Of a stretch of 64,000 nucleotides of DNA, positions 48,760 through 58,697 are shown in pieces. This DNA is from Bacteroidota bacterium (lineage in GTDB: Bacteria > Bacteroidota > Ignavibacteria > 0-14-0-80-59-12), in the NCBI GenBank assembly GCA_049973045.1, contig JBMFJZ010000003.1, positions 142,319 through 206,318 on the forward strand, in the 5' to 3' direction. The translations under genes were made by a program, and so were the position numbers. Positions within the stretch are counted from its first letter, which is position 1; the number at the start of each line of letters is the position of its first letter. The notes beneath the pieces are model-generated. The model had not been told where the DNA came from. It was given only the letters and a program-made list of their open reading frames with translations, and searched no databases.

Positions 48760-49824
48760 TTATGCATCGTACTCAAGAGATTCATTGTACAGGTCGTGAT
48801 CCGAATCAACAGCGGGTCCACCGTGAGCGGTCTCAAGCTCCTCGTTCAACGCCAGCATATCTTCCAGCTCAAACGCCAAACAGCACTTCAATCGCCCGCA
48901 CTGTCCAGAGAGTTTCACAGGATTCAAAGGGAGATTTTGCAGACGTGCATGCTGCGTGCTGATGTGATAAAAGCCCCCGATCCACATTGCACAACAAAGT
49001 GGGCGTCCGCAGCTACCAATTCCGCCAATACGCCTTGCTTCGTCCCTGGCGCTTATTTGCCGAAGCTCAATGCGAGTCCGATACACCGATGCAAGATCTC
49101 TAACAAGCGACCGGAAATCGACTCGTTTATCCGCAGTAAAGTAAAACGTGATCCGATTCCGATCGAACTGGTATTCCACATCAACAAGTTTCATCGGGAG
49201 TCCATGCAGGGGAATTTTTCTCTGGCACAATTCAAACGCCTCTCGTTCACGAGCCGCATTCTCCTGATGCTGTGCTAGGTCCTGAGCTGTAGCCTTTCTA
49301 AGAACAGCAAATTCCACGAGATTCTTCTTTTCAGGATGCGAGCTTGAAAGCTGGGTATTGCCAGACTCCTCTTCGACACAGACTAAAGTGGACGCTACAT
49401 CGGACCCCTTCTCTCCAAACTGCTGAGGAATTGTTTTTGCTCTCCTATACATCGCAGCCCACCGCAGTTGCGCCAATTTCCCGGTGAAATGAACTCTCCC
49501 GATATCAATCCCCTTCTCAGCTTCAACAATAACATAGTCACCAATGTGTAGATCAAGCTGAAACGGATTCTTATAAAAAGAACGTCGTCCTGCTTTGAAC
49601 TGAACCTCGACATACTCCCCAGCCGATTCCGTTCCCCTCAGATGATCGAGATCGTAGATCAAGCGCGCTACTCCGCAGCAACTCTCCGGAAAAGGATCAC
49701 CATCCGAAGCCTCAGTCGAATTGCCAAGCAACAATTTCTCAACAAAATTACTGAGTGCGCTGTTCTTTTGAGAATCACTTTGTTCGCTCTCATCTTGCTT
49801 GCGTTCTGTATCAAGAGTGTTCAT
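48760..49824 (-). CDS. PSP1 C-terminal domain protein (RicT/YaaT-like)
   Basis: GSCGRPLCC...CGRLKCCLAFE motif pair; located between holB and metG as in Firmicutes. Confidence 0.75.
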   Translation of the reverse strand: MNTLDTERKQDESEQSDSQKNSALSNFVEKLLLGNSTEASDGDPFPESCCGVARLIYDLDHLRGTESAGEYVEVQFKAGRRSFYKNPFQLDLHIGDYVIVEAEKGIDIGRVHFTGKLAQLRWAAMYRRAKTIPQQFGEKGSDVASTLVCVEEESGNTQLSSSHPEKKNLVEFAVLRKATAQDLAQHQENAAREREAFELCQRKIPLHGLPMKLVDVEYQFDRNRITFYFTADKRVDFRSLVRDLASVYRTRIELRQISARDEARRIGGIGSCGRPLCCAMWIGGFYHISTQHARLQNLPLNPVKLSGQCGRLKCCLAFELEDMLALNEELETAHGGPAVDSDHDLYNESLEYDA

Positions 49825-49842
49825 ATCTTTCTCCTTCTCACC

Positions 49843-51030
49843 TCAAATGTGTGAGCCTTCGATCAACTGGATCGGCGCGGCATGAGATTCAGCAAGATCT
49901 CGTCGTAGGTCCAATGCCAGCAATGTCAGAGCTAAGGCGGTATTGACATTCCGATCAAGTGCTCGAATAGTCGCCTCAACAGTCTTTAAAGCACGCTCGA
50001 CCCTCCCTGAATTGAAGATGGAATCAGGGTAAAGGTCAACGAACCGCTCTAATCTCTCTCTCATATCAACGTTGAAAATAAGTTCAGGGCTTCCTGTCTG
50101 GACAAACATAACGTCGCGCAGCCAGGAGAGCATCAGTTCAAGACGATGAGCGAGGAGTTCTCGGCTTTCTCCTGACCATTGCTCAATTTTTTCCACTAGC
50201 GCAAGATACTTCCCAGCTACCGAGTATCCGATGAAATCCACAACTTCTCGTCGCCATTCCTGTAAATCCCGACTGAGCAATTCAACAGCTCGCCGATAAT
50301 TTCCACATGAGAGCCGAGCCGCTAACTGTGCCTGGCTTTGTGCAACGCGATGTCGAACAACAAGAGCGTGGCGAATATCCTCTTCCCTTAGAAAATCGAA
50401 CTGTACATTTTCACACCGAGAAATAACCGTAGGTCGCAGTCGCTCTGGGTATGCACTTGTCAGGATAAATATTGTTCTCGGAGGAGGCTCTTCCAATGTT
50501 TTCAAGAGTGCATCAGATGCTTCTTCGTTCATTTCGTCAGCATTGAAGATGAGGATCACCTTCCAGTGTCCAAGCGAAGAGCTCAATGAAGCAAAACGAC
50601 GCATAGCTCGAATGCTCTTGATCCGAATTTCCGAGGCACGAGGCACAGCTATGCGGTGATATGGATCGCGGGCTTTCGCCACAAGCTCAGCCTTGATGGT
50701 CTGAACTTCTGATTCACTGAAACCATCAAGTGGGTCATTTGATTCAGAGGATTTTCCCCCTGGCAATGCAAAGACAATCTGGATATCTGGATGCTCAAGT
50801 GCGCTTGCTCGGCGGCAGCTCAGGCATGTCCCACATGCTTCGATGAGTTGGTCGGCATTAACAGCTGGAGACGAACAATTAAGTACCTTTGCAAATTCCA
50901 GTGCTACAGCATCTTTTCCGATACCCTCAGGACCAACAAAGAGATAGGCATGGGCAACCCGACCCTTTGAGAGAGCCGAGGATAGAAGCCGCTTCACACG
51001 CTCCTGGTTGATAATCGCTGACCAACTCAC
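49843..51030 (-). CDS. holB: DNA polymerase III delta-prime subunit
   Basis: AHAYLFVGPEGIGK P-loop-like motif and zinc-module C..C..C..C (CGTCLSCRR). Confidence 0.85.
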   Translation of the reverse strand: MSWSAIINQERVKRLLSSALSKGRVAHAYLFVGPEGIGKDAVALEFAKVLNCSSPAVNADQLIEACGTCLSCRRASALEHPDIQIVFALPGGKSSESNDPLDGFSESEVQTIKAELVAKARDPYHRIAVPRASEIRIKSIRAMRRFASLSSSLGHWKVILIFNADEMNEEASDALLKTLEEPPPRTIFILTSAYPERLRPTVISRCENVQFDFLREEDIRHALVVRHRVAQSQAQLAARLSCGNYRRAVELLSRDLQEWRREVVDFIGYSVAGKYLALVEKIEQWSGESRELLAHRLELMLSWLRDVMFVQTGSPELIFNVDMRERLERFVDLYPDSIFNSGRVERALKTVEATIRALDRNVNTALALTLLALDLRRDLAESHAAPIQLIEGSHI

Positions 51031-51070
51031 ACAATAAAATTACGAAGGATTTCCTTGATTTCCAACGCTG

Positions 51071-53224
51071 TCAAAAAGCGTGACCGAGGCCAAAATGAAT
51101 AACTCCATGGGCAAGAACATCGGAAAAGAACCTCTGCTGAAAAAACCATTGATGCTCCGACACTCCCTTAGGGTCGTATATGCGAATCCCGTAGTCGATC
51201 CTCAAAGGTCCTGCAATTGTATCGTACCGGAAGCCAATTCCTGAGGCGATGGCAAATTGTGAGGGTCGTATATCTGCGGGGGTAGCCCAGATATTTCCTG
51301 CGTCAAGGAAAGGCACAAGCCAGACATGCTCAAATGGGATTCCAATTGGCGAGCCAAGTTTACGTAAGCCATTCCAGCGTAGTTCAAAATTCATCTCGAC
51401 CAGAGCGTTACCTCCAAATTCCGGCTTTGTCACTGCCCCCAGTTCCCGTGTCCTCCACCCTCGAACGCTTCCGCTGCCTCCTGCAAAAAAACGGCGATTC
51501 AATGGGATCGGAGTTGTATTCGAGCGGGCGAGAAGAACCGCCGCACCGAGTTTTATCTTCCATGCAAAAATCCCAAGTCTGTTTCCCCAGAGATCTTTAT
51601 ACCACCTCCCCAAAAGGATTACTTTCGCATACTGAGAAAACGGAAGCCCACCCATAGGAATTCCAAATTTCTTGAGGAGCAAGGGGAAAAGTCCAGCTTC
51701 TTCAATCACTCCAGAATTGAAAAAACCTGCACTGGGCGAAAAAACGTCATTGGTTTTGTCTCGCTGAAGTGTGAAGCTCAAGATGGAGTTAAACTGAGGT
51801 TTGTCTTCCTCAGCAAGAGTCAATGAGCGAAAATCGGGACTTACACTGTCCAGGGAGACTCGCTCCAGGCTCCAGTCCAGAAAAGCAAAAGTATAAGTTG
51901 CCCTCTGATTCACAATGCCGATCTTGTTTCTGAAGATCGTTTGCAAATACGCCAACTGTTTATCGGCTGTTGCGGTGAGCGACCAGTTTCCACTGGTACG
52001 ATTGCTGAAAACGTATGGCTGAGTAAGCTGGAGAGTCAGCTCGGCATTGGCAACAAGATTTGGCTCTCGGAATCCGGTCTTAGTGATGATCCGTCCGAAA
52101 TTCACATGCGTCAACGACTGGACACGGAATCGTCCACGGAGTGTTAGCCGACGTGCGCCACCAATGAAGTCCAAATTACTGTATCCCAATCCAATACCAA
52201 GATTGAATGCATTGTTTTCATCATTGGCAAGCACCTCAGGGGTCAATTCATTAAGTGGACGCGGCTGAAGCTGAATTATTATTGGAATGGGAACCCGGAT
52301 TGACTCCGGTGAAGGGATGCTCATTTCAATTCGCACCGACTCAAAAACTCCAAGACGGTTGAGGTTTCGCTCGCTGTTATCCAACTTCTGCCGACTGTAA
52401 AGTTCCCCGGGACGGAAATCCAATTGCCGATAAACCACCGCCTCATCACGAACAGATCCATGAGTGCTCTTAATCTGAATATCCCCAAATGTGTACTGAC
52501 CACCAAGAGAAAAGGTGATTGTGGGAACAACTTTATGCCGAACTGAATCGATTAAGACCTGGGAATTCTTAGAATCGACAGATGCATTGGGATACCCATG
52601 GTTACCGAGGAGAGTGATGATACGATTCCGATCTCCATTATATGCCTCAGCTGTAAAAGGCTCGCCAACGCGCATTAGCGCCTGGCTATTGATCTGTACA
52701 AGGAGAGCACTGTCAACTCCACTTAGCCCGGCAAATCGAACTGAATCGATCACAAATCGGGGTCCCTCAGAAATCCTGAATGTTAAAACCAGTGACTCTC
52801 CGTTTGAAAGAAGCTTCGTCGTTGTATCTACACGGGCACTGAAGAAGCCATGATCACGGTAAAAATTCTCTAAGCGAGCGATATCGGCTCCGGCAACGTA
52901 GGGATCGTAGAAAACCGGAGGACTTCCGAGACGTTCAGAGATATGCTCGTAGAAAAACTGTGAAATTGCTGAAGGAGAAACGCGTGTAAGAATACGGGAA
53001 CGGAGAAGTTTCGAACTGATTTCTGAATTACCGACGAACTTTATCTCAACTATCTCCGGTCGGTTTTGAACTTCATTCGAGCTTTCACGAAGACTCTCAG
53101 ATAGCAGTGCACCTTGGAGAATCGGGACAGGGACACCGAACGCGAGAAATAAAAAAACCATCCGCCAGAGGCAGATGGATTTCCTTACGCCAATTAGACA
53201 AAAAAAGTGATGCAAATTCTTCAC
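51071..53224 (-). CDS. Omp85-family outer-membrane protein (BamA/TamA-like) with N-terminal POTRA domains
   Basis: POTRA-like EIKFVGNSEISSKLLRSRIL; C-terminal Omp85 barrel ending in an aromatic residue. Confidence 0.75.
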   Translation of the reverse strand: MKNLHHFFCLIGVRKSICLWRMVFLFLAFGVPVPILQGALLSESLRESSNEVQNRPEIVEIKFVGNSEISSKLLRSRILTRVSPSAISQFFYEHISERLGSPPVFYDPYVAGADIARLENFYRDHGFFSARVDTTTKLLSNGESLVLTFRISEGPRFVIDSVRFAGLSGVDSALLVQINSQALMRVGEPFTAEAYNGDRNRIITLLGNHGYPNASVDSKNSQVLIDSVRHKVVPTITFSLGGQYTFGDIQIKSTHGSVRDEAVVYRQLDFRPGELYSRQKLDNSERNLNRLGVFESVRIEMSIPSPESIRVPIPIIIQLQPRPLNELTPEVLANDENNAFNLGIGLGYSNLDFIGGARRLTLRGRFRVQSLTHVNFGRIITKTGFREPNLVANAELTLQLTQPYVFSNRTSGNWSLTATADKQLAYLQTIFRNKIGIVNQRATYTFAFLDWSLERVSLDSVSPDFRSLTLAEEDKPQFNSILSFTLQRDKTNDVFSPSAGFFNSGVIEEAGLFPLLLKKFGIPMGGLPFSQYAKVILLGRWYKDLWGNRLGIFAWKIKLGAAVLLARSNTTPIPLNRRFFAGGSGSVRGWRTRELGAVTKPEFGGNALVEMNFELRWNGLRKLGSPIGIPFEHVWLVPFLDAGNIWATPADIRPSQFAIASGIGFRYDTIAGPLRIDYGIRIYDPKGVSEHQWFFQQRFFSDVLAHGVIHFGLGHAF

Positions 53225-53268
53225 ACGAAGATGAAGATAATGATGCCCTCGCCTACGATGGAAGCTCG

Positions 53269-53493
53269 TTAGTATTCTTCCTCTTCGCCAAAATAGAAAT
53301 CTTGATCCGTTGGATAATCAGGCCAGATATCTTCCATACTTTCGTAGACCTCATCACTATCTTCAAGTTCTTGGAGATTTTCGATCACCTCACGCGGTGC
53401 ACCTATGCGGATAGCATAGTCAATTAGCTCATCTTTCGTAGCAGGCCAGGGTGCATCTTCAAGATAAGAAGCCAATTCAAGCGTCCAGATCAT
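53269..53493 (-). CDS. Small acidic DUF2795-like protein
   Basis: 74 aa, acidic C-terminal tail EEEEY. Confidence 0.5.
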   Translation of the reverse strand: MIWTLELASYLEDAPWPATKDELIDYAIRIGAPREVIENLQELEDSDEVYESMEDIWPDYPTDQDFYFGEEEEY

Positions 53494-53613
53494 CGCTTAT
53501 CACTCCTTACTTACCTTACTTATTTTGAAATTGAATATTTACTCACATTATAGAACAAGAAAATTAAACATCCGAATCAAAAGTTTCATTCACTGACACC
53601 CATAGAGTGAAAC

Positions 53614-54564
53614 TCAATCGCCAACCGCCACGCCTCTCATACTGAAGCGAACATCGTCAAAGAAATAATCAACCGGGTTTTGTTTCACACCATCCTTAAC
53701 AACTTCGTAATGAAGGTGAGGCCCACTGACAAGACCCGTTCTTCCACTCCTGGCAATCACTTGCCCGCGTTTAACCTTCATCCCAACGTGAACAAGTACA
53801 GCGGAAAGATGCGCGTAAATCGTCCGATATCCGTACCCATGATTGATCTCCACAACAATCCCATACCCACCTGCACTGTGGCCAGCGAACTCCACAACTC
53901 CATCACCAGTAGCAACAACAGGCGTCCCTACATCATTAAGGATATCGATCCCCTCATGCATGCGCCTGATATGAAGAACCGGGTGTATGCGCATCCCAAA
54001 GCTCTCAGGGTCATAATATCCTTCCATTGGTTTGATCGCAGGCAGATGTTGAAAGTATACTTTGTTTGACTCATATTTTCGTACAATCGCATTGTAGCTT
54101 TCTTCTTCCAGTTTGACCTCACGTTCGAGTTTATCCACTGACGTCATGATGCGGTTCAGAAGGTTTGCAACCTCTGCATTGCCAATCCCGACTTCAGCAC
54201 GAGCTACTCTTCCTCCAGTACCGACGTTCCGTACATCTTCATCGATCGGAGGCAGATCAACCACTAAGCGGAGATTATTATCTTGCTTGGCAAGTCGGTC
54301 AATCGCTGCCTGGAGAGTCTTAACTTTCCCGTTCAACATCTTAAGATGGTTCTGAAGAACCTCGTTCTCGTTTTGCAGCGACTGCACGCGGTCGTAGCCA
54401 AGTGAAAGCACATCGCCGAAAAGATGATTCAGTGCAGTAATGATTGAAAGCGATACCAAAACTGAAAGTGTTAAAAGTGCAAAAAACTTGATCCGGAACC
54501 GCTTCACCTCTACCAGTCGCATCTCCTTGCCGGATACATAGTAAAGCTTATCATTCCATCTCAT
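53614..54564 (-). CDS. M23-family peptidase with an N-terminal TM and coiled-coil (EnvC-like murein hydrolase activator/endopeptidase)
   Basis: M23 motifs HEGIDI...HLHYEV; start moved to ATG 54564 (MRWNDKLY), which has AGGGAGGA 6 nt upstream. Confidence 0.8.
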   Translation of the reverse strand: MRWNDKLYYVSGKEMRLVEVKRFRIKFFALLTLSVLVSLSIITALNHLFGDVLSLGYDRVQSLQNENEVLQNHLKMLNGKVKTLQAAIDRLAKQDNNLRLVVDLPPIDEDVRNVGTGGRVARAEVGIGNAEVANLLNRIMTSVDKLEREVKLEEESYNAIVRKYESNKVYFQHLPAIKPMEGYYDPESFGMRIHPVLHIRRMHEGIDILNDVGTPVVATGDGVVEFAGHSAGGYGIVVEINHGYGYRTIYAHLSAVLVHVGMKVKRGQVIARSGRTGLVSGPHLHYEVVKDGVKQNPVDYFFDDVRFSMRGVAVGD

Positions 54565-55338
54565 TGCAATCCTCCCTTTCATATGATACGGAGTTTCCGG
54601 GTGCCAAAGTTGCACCAGCGTCAAATGATAAGGCACATACCGGCTCGCGGTTGATCCCTCCCACCAACATCTTTTCTCACAGCTTGCCGCTCCTACACGA
54701 TCGTAAAGTTGAAAATACACAATTTAATTGTATTTGTCAAGAATTTTGGATCGTAAATTTACCCCAAAAAGTCGCTTTACGCCTGGGGACAAACCTTCGC
54801 GAAAGGGTCAGCACAACAGGTAGCGATGGTAACCCTGAACCTCCGGGCTCGAATCCGCCGCCCTTGTAGCGGGAATGAAGTGGTATTGGGCATCGCTCTG
54901 GGCTAAATCCACCACCAGAGGCATTTTGCTGATTATCCTGCCAAAAGTGCCAAAAGTGGCTGAAAACGGTAATCTCCAGCTCAATAAAGGCATTCTGCCA
55001 GCAGTCCAAACCTCCTAACCAAGAATGCGTGTGTCACGTGGCGTGGCAAGCGTGTTTATAGAGGATTGCTCGGAAGGGGGCACACTTTCCTATGTGAAGC
55101 TTACCCTTATACGGTCTTGAACCATCAAAGAGAACAAAAGCAAGTGCACTCCCTGGTATGTACCTTGGCTGACTTTGCAGAGGCTTGGGCATCGTCATTT
55201 TCTCGTAACCCGGAATTGTCAACTCAAATTCTCTGCTCCTTGACATAACCAGAGAATTTTTGTATGGTTTATCGAAACGTTTCGACATGCCTCACAGCAG
55301 GGGCGTTCAATGTCCGTATGTTACCTGAAGGAGGTTAA

Positions 55339-55455
55339 ATGACTGACGGCAAGCCAACGATAAAGGATGTCGCTAGGCGAGCGGGGACAGCTGTGAGCAC
55401 TGCTTCGCTCGTTGTGAATAAAAAAGGTTACGTAAGCGCAGAGGTCAGTGCCAGA
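55339..55455 (+). pseudogene. Remnant of a LacI-family transcriptional regulator (HTH only), fused in frame to the following foreign gene
   Basis: KPTIKDVARRAGTAVSTASLVVNKKGYVSAEV matches the LacI HTH consensus TIKDVAxxAGVSxxTVSRVLNxxGYVSxET; an abrupt shift to AT-rich sequence follows. Confidence 0.6.
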
Positions 55456-55491
55456 TCTTTTATAATTGCCCTAATTAATTTTGGAAATACT

Positions 55492-58437
55492 ATGTATAAA
55501 AAAGAAATTTTAATAATCTTCTTCTTGTTTTCATTTAATCTGTATGCACAAAATTTTTCCAATGGATTTAATTTTTATTTACCATCCAGTGATACAACTT
55601 CTCAAAAATTTTTACCTCAATTTCCCATTGATAAAATTGAAGATGATGAATTTGTATCTATCAATGCTGAAGGGAAATTTAGTGTAAAAGGGAGAAGAAT
55701 TCGTTTATGCGGTACAAACTTTGGAGCTGATAATGCTTTCCCGCCAAGAGATAAAGCCGGACTTTTAGCCGGACGTTTGAGAAAATTTGGCTTTAATCTT
55801 GTACGCATGCATCATCTCGATAATCCATGGTCAAACAGAAGTCTTGTAGGCAAAAGCGATACACGAGAGATTATTCCTGCTTATCTCGACACTCTCGAAT
55901 ATACAATAGCAAAACTCAAGGAAAATGGAATTTATGTGAACATGAATCTCCATGTTTCAAGAACCTTCAGAATTTTTGATCAGGTTGCAGATTATGATTC
56001 GCTTCCAAAATTTGGAAAAGGTATAAATTTCTTTGACCCCTATATAAAAAGTCTTCACAAAGAATATGCACGTCAACTGCTTACTCATGTAAATCCATAT
56101 ACTGGCAAAGCATTGGTTAATGACCCGGTTATGGCAATGGTCGAAATTACTAATGAAAATTCTCTATATCGGTTCTGGAGAAATAATCAGTTAAAACCAA
56201 TTTCATCTGGCGGTGTTTTACCATACTATTATTCAAAAATGCTTGATAGCCTGTGGAATGAATTTTTATTAAGCAAATATCAATCAACCCAGAATTTATT
56301 GGCAGCATGGAACAAAGGACAAATTTCATCTGTTCAAAATGAACAGGTAAAAAATGGAGGTTTTGAAAATCCTAATCCTCCAAATTACTGGGCTCTGGAA
56401 GAACATAATGGCGCTGATGCAGATACCTCACGCGATGATTCTGTTTCTTATAAAGGAAATTACAGCTTTAAAGTTATTGTAAAAAATGCTACTGGAACAA
56501 ATTGGCATATTCAATTCAAATTACCTTCAGCTACAATATTAAAAGATTCTTTATATGCACTTTCATTTGCGGCTTGTTCAGATTCACCGAAAGAAATTGC
56601 TGTTAATATTATGAATGATAATTCACCATGGAATTCTTATGGATGGTATTCAATAAAATTATCAACAAACTGGCGAACATTTTCTTTTAGCATTAAAGCT
56701 CCCGAAGATAACAAAGGTCATACAAGATTGTCATTCAGTCTTGGCAAAGAAAAAGGAACATATTGGTTTGACGAAATTAGTTTTACAAAAGCCGGAGTTG
56801 TTGGTTTAGAACAAAATGAATCACTCGAATTAAAAAATATTGCAAGAATAGATTATTCAAAATGTGTTCAATACACAAATCAACGTGTTAAAGATATGTC
56901 CGAATTTTATATCAATCTCGAAAGAAATTATTTCAAGGAAATGATTTCGTTTTTGAAAGATACACTTGGTGTGAAAGTGCCAATTGTTGGAACCAATTGG
57001 AATGTAGGTCCAGCAGATTTAGCAGCAATGTCTGATGCTGATTATGTTGATAATCATGCTTACTGGGACCATCCGCGATTCCCATCAGGTGCACGGTCTT
57101 CAACTGATTGGCTTATTAACAATACTCCAATGGTAAAAGATAATAACGGCGGAACTATACCCGGTTTATTTGCTGGTGTTCCAATTGTTGGTAAACCTTT
57201 TACTGTTAGTGAATACAATCATACGTTTCCAAATCGATATCAGGTAGAATCAATTTTATTCATTGCCGGCTATGCTTCTTTTAATGATGCAGATGCATTT
57301 ATGTATTTTGACTACAGCGAAGCTTTTGAATGGGAAAAAGATTTTATTGCTAATTTCTTTGGAATTAACCGCAATTCTGTTTTGATGTCGTTTTTTCCAA
57401 CTATTGCTTATGCATTTAGAAATGGTTTAATCAAGCCCTCGTTAAATCCAATTCATATAAATTACACAGCAGATACTTTGTATGCCTTACCTAAGAATGA
57501 TGCTTCTGGCTGGTATGGTCCTTCTTTTTACGATAGAAAAATTTCTCTCATTCATTCGATTAAAACAGAAAATTATTTTGGAACAAGCACGACTAACTTT
57601 AATCAGCTACCTCAAATTTCTGGTAATTCATTCACAACTGATACAGAAGAAATTACTTGGAATACTACTGATGGAACATTAACCATAGCTGCACCAAGAC
57701 TAAATGGATTTACCGGATATCTTTCTAAATTAAAAGGAAAAAGGATTGGCGATATTTATGTGATTGATGTTCTCTCATCAGATGATTTTGGTGCTCTAAC
57801 ATGGTTGTCTTTAACAAACAATCCGGTTTCAAGTTCAAATAAATCTTTAATTACAATCGGCTCTAAAATTCAAAATACTGGAATGATCTGGAAAGGAACA
57901 ACAACAGTTAATAATAATTGGGGACATTCACCGACTCAAATTTATCCATTAAAAATCAAACTCGATTTGATGATTTATGCTGATTCAATTAGAGTTTATC
58001 CGCTTGACAATAAAGGAAAAGAAAATTTATCACGGTCGTTTGTAATAAAACCATTTCAGACAAATCATTTTTTATTAGAAATTGACCAGTCAATTTATAA
58101 ATCACTCTGGTTTGGAATTGAATGCTATGGAGAAGGAATAAAAACAAAAATTAATGATTATGGTTTAAGTCCCTTTAATTATAAATTGGAACAAAATTTT
58201 CCTAATCCATTTAATGGAACTTCAATTATAAAATATCAGGTTCCTGAAAACACAATTGTTAAAATAAAACTTTACGATATTTTAGGAAGGGAAATTAAAA
58301 CACTCGTTGATGAATATAAGACCCCTGGCTATTATCAGATTGAAATGAATTCCGAAAATATTTCAAGTGGTGTATATTTCTGTGCTTTTCAATCAAATAA
58401 TTTTGTAGATGTAAGGAAAATTGTTCTTATAAAATAA
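55492..58437 (+). CDS. Secreted clan-GH-A-like glycoside hydrolase with a CBM4_9-like carbohydrate-binding module and a T9SS C-terminal sorting domain. A mannanase role is suspected from context only
   Basis: Signal peptide MYKKEILIIFFLFSFNLYA; TIM-barrel-like catalytic region with an NE motif (VEITNENSLY); CBM start NGGFENP; CTD NFPNPFNGTSIIKYQV...GVYFCAF...LIK. Confidence 0.6.
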   Translation: MYKKEILIIFFLFSFNLYAQNFSNGFNFYLPSSDTTSQKFLPQFPIDKIEDDEFVSINAEGKFSVKGRRIRLCGTNFGADNAFPPRDKAGLLAGRLRKFGFNLVRMHHLDNPWSNRSLVGKSDTREIIPAYLDTLEYTIAKLKENGIYVNMNLHVSRTFRIFDQVADYDSLPKFGKGINFFDPYIKSLHKEYARQLLTHVNPYTGKALVNDPVMAMVEITNENSLYRFWRNNQLKPISSGGVLPYYYSKMLDSLWNEFLLSKYQSTQNLLAAWNKGQISSVQNEQVKNGGFENPNPPNYWALEEHNGADADTSRDDSVSYKGNYSFKVIVKNATGTNWHIQFKLPSATILKDSLYALSFAACSDSPKEIAVNIMNDNSPWNSYGWYSIKLSTNWRTFSFSIKAPEDNKGHTRLSFSLGKEKGTYWFDEISFTKAGVVGLEQNESLELKNIARIDYSKCVQYTNQRVKDMSEFYINLERNYFKEMISFLKDTLGVKVPIVGTNWNVGPADLAAMSDADYVDNHAYWDHPRFPSGARSSTDWLINNTPMVKDNNGGTIPGLFAGVPIVGKPFTVSEYNHTFPNRYQVESILFIAGYASFNDADAFMYFDYSEAFEWEKDFIANFFGINRNSVLMSFFPTIAYAFRNGLIKPSLNPIHINYTADTLYALPKNDASGWYGPSFYDRKISLIHSIKTENYFGTSTTNFNQLPQISGNSFTTDTEEITWNTTDGTLTIAAPRLNGFTGYLSKLKGKRIGDIYVIDVLSSDDFGALTWLSLTNNPVSSSNKSLITIGSKIQNTGMIWKGTTTVNNNWGHSPTQIYPLKIKLDLMIYADSIRVYPLDNKGKENLSRSFVIKPFQTNHFLLEIDQSIYKSLWFGIECYGEGIKTKINDYGLSPFNYKLEQNFPNPFNGTSIIKYQVPENTIVKIKLYDILGREIKTLVDEYKTPGYYQIEMNSENISSGVYFCAFQSNNFVDVRKIVLIK

Positions 58438-58697
58438 TTCTGATAATTATTTATAATGATTAATTAAAAGTTCTATTTCAGATTATCTTGAATATAGTTT
58501 GGAACCTGAGAAGATAAATTTAATAATGTCATGCTGAACGAAGTGAAGCATCTTAAAAATTATTTTATGGAAAGATGTTTTGAAAATGTTTTTAGTATTT
58601 TTTGCATCAATTTTTGACAGAGCTTTGGGGTGAACGTAAGAATGAAAAACAATAAATTATATGAAAAACAAAATCGCCAAGTTATGAGATATCATAG

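Noticed and set aside
54830-54850. tRNA-like T-loop motif CCGGGCTCGAATCCGCC, possibly a tRNA/tmRNA marking an integration site near the foreign block
   Set aside because: The flanking bases do not form a complementary T-stem or acceptor stem on either strand, and no D or anticodon arm could be built.
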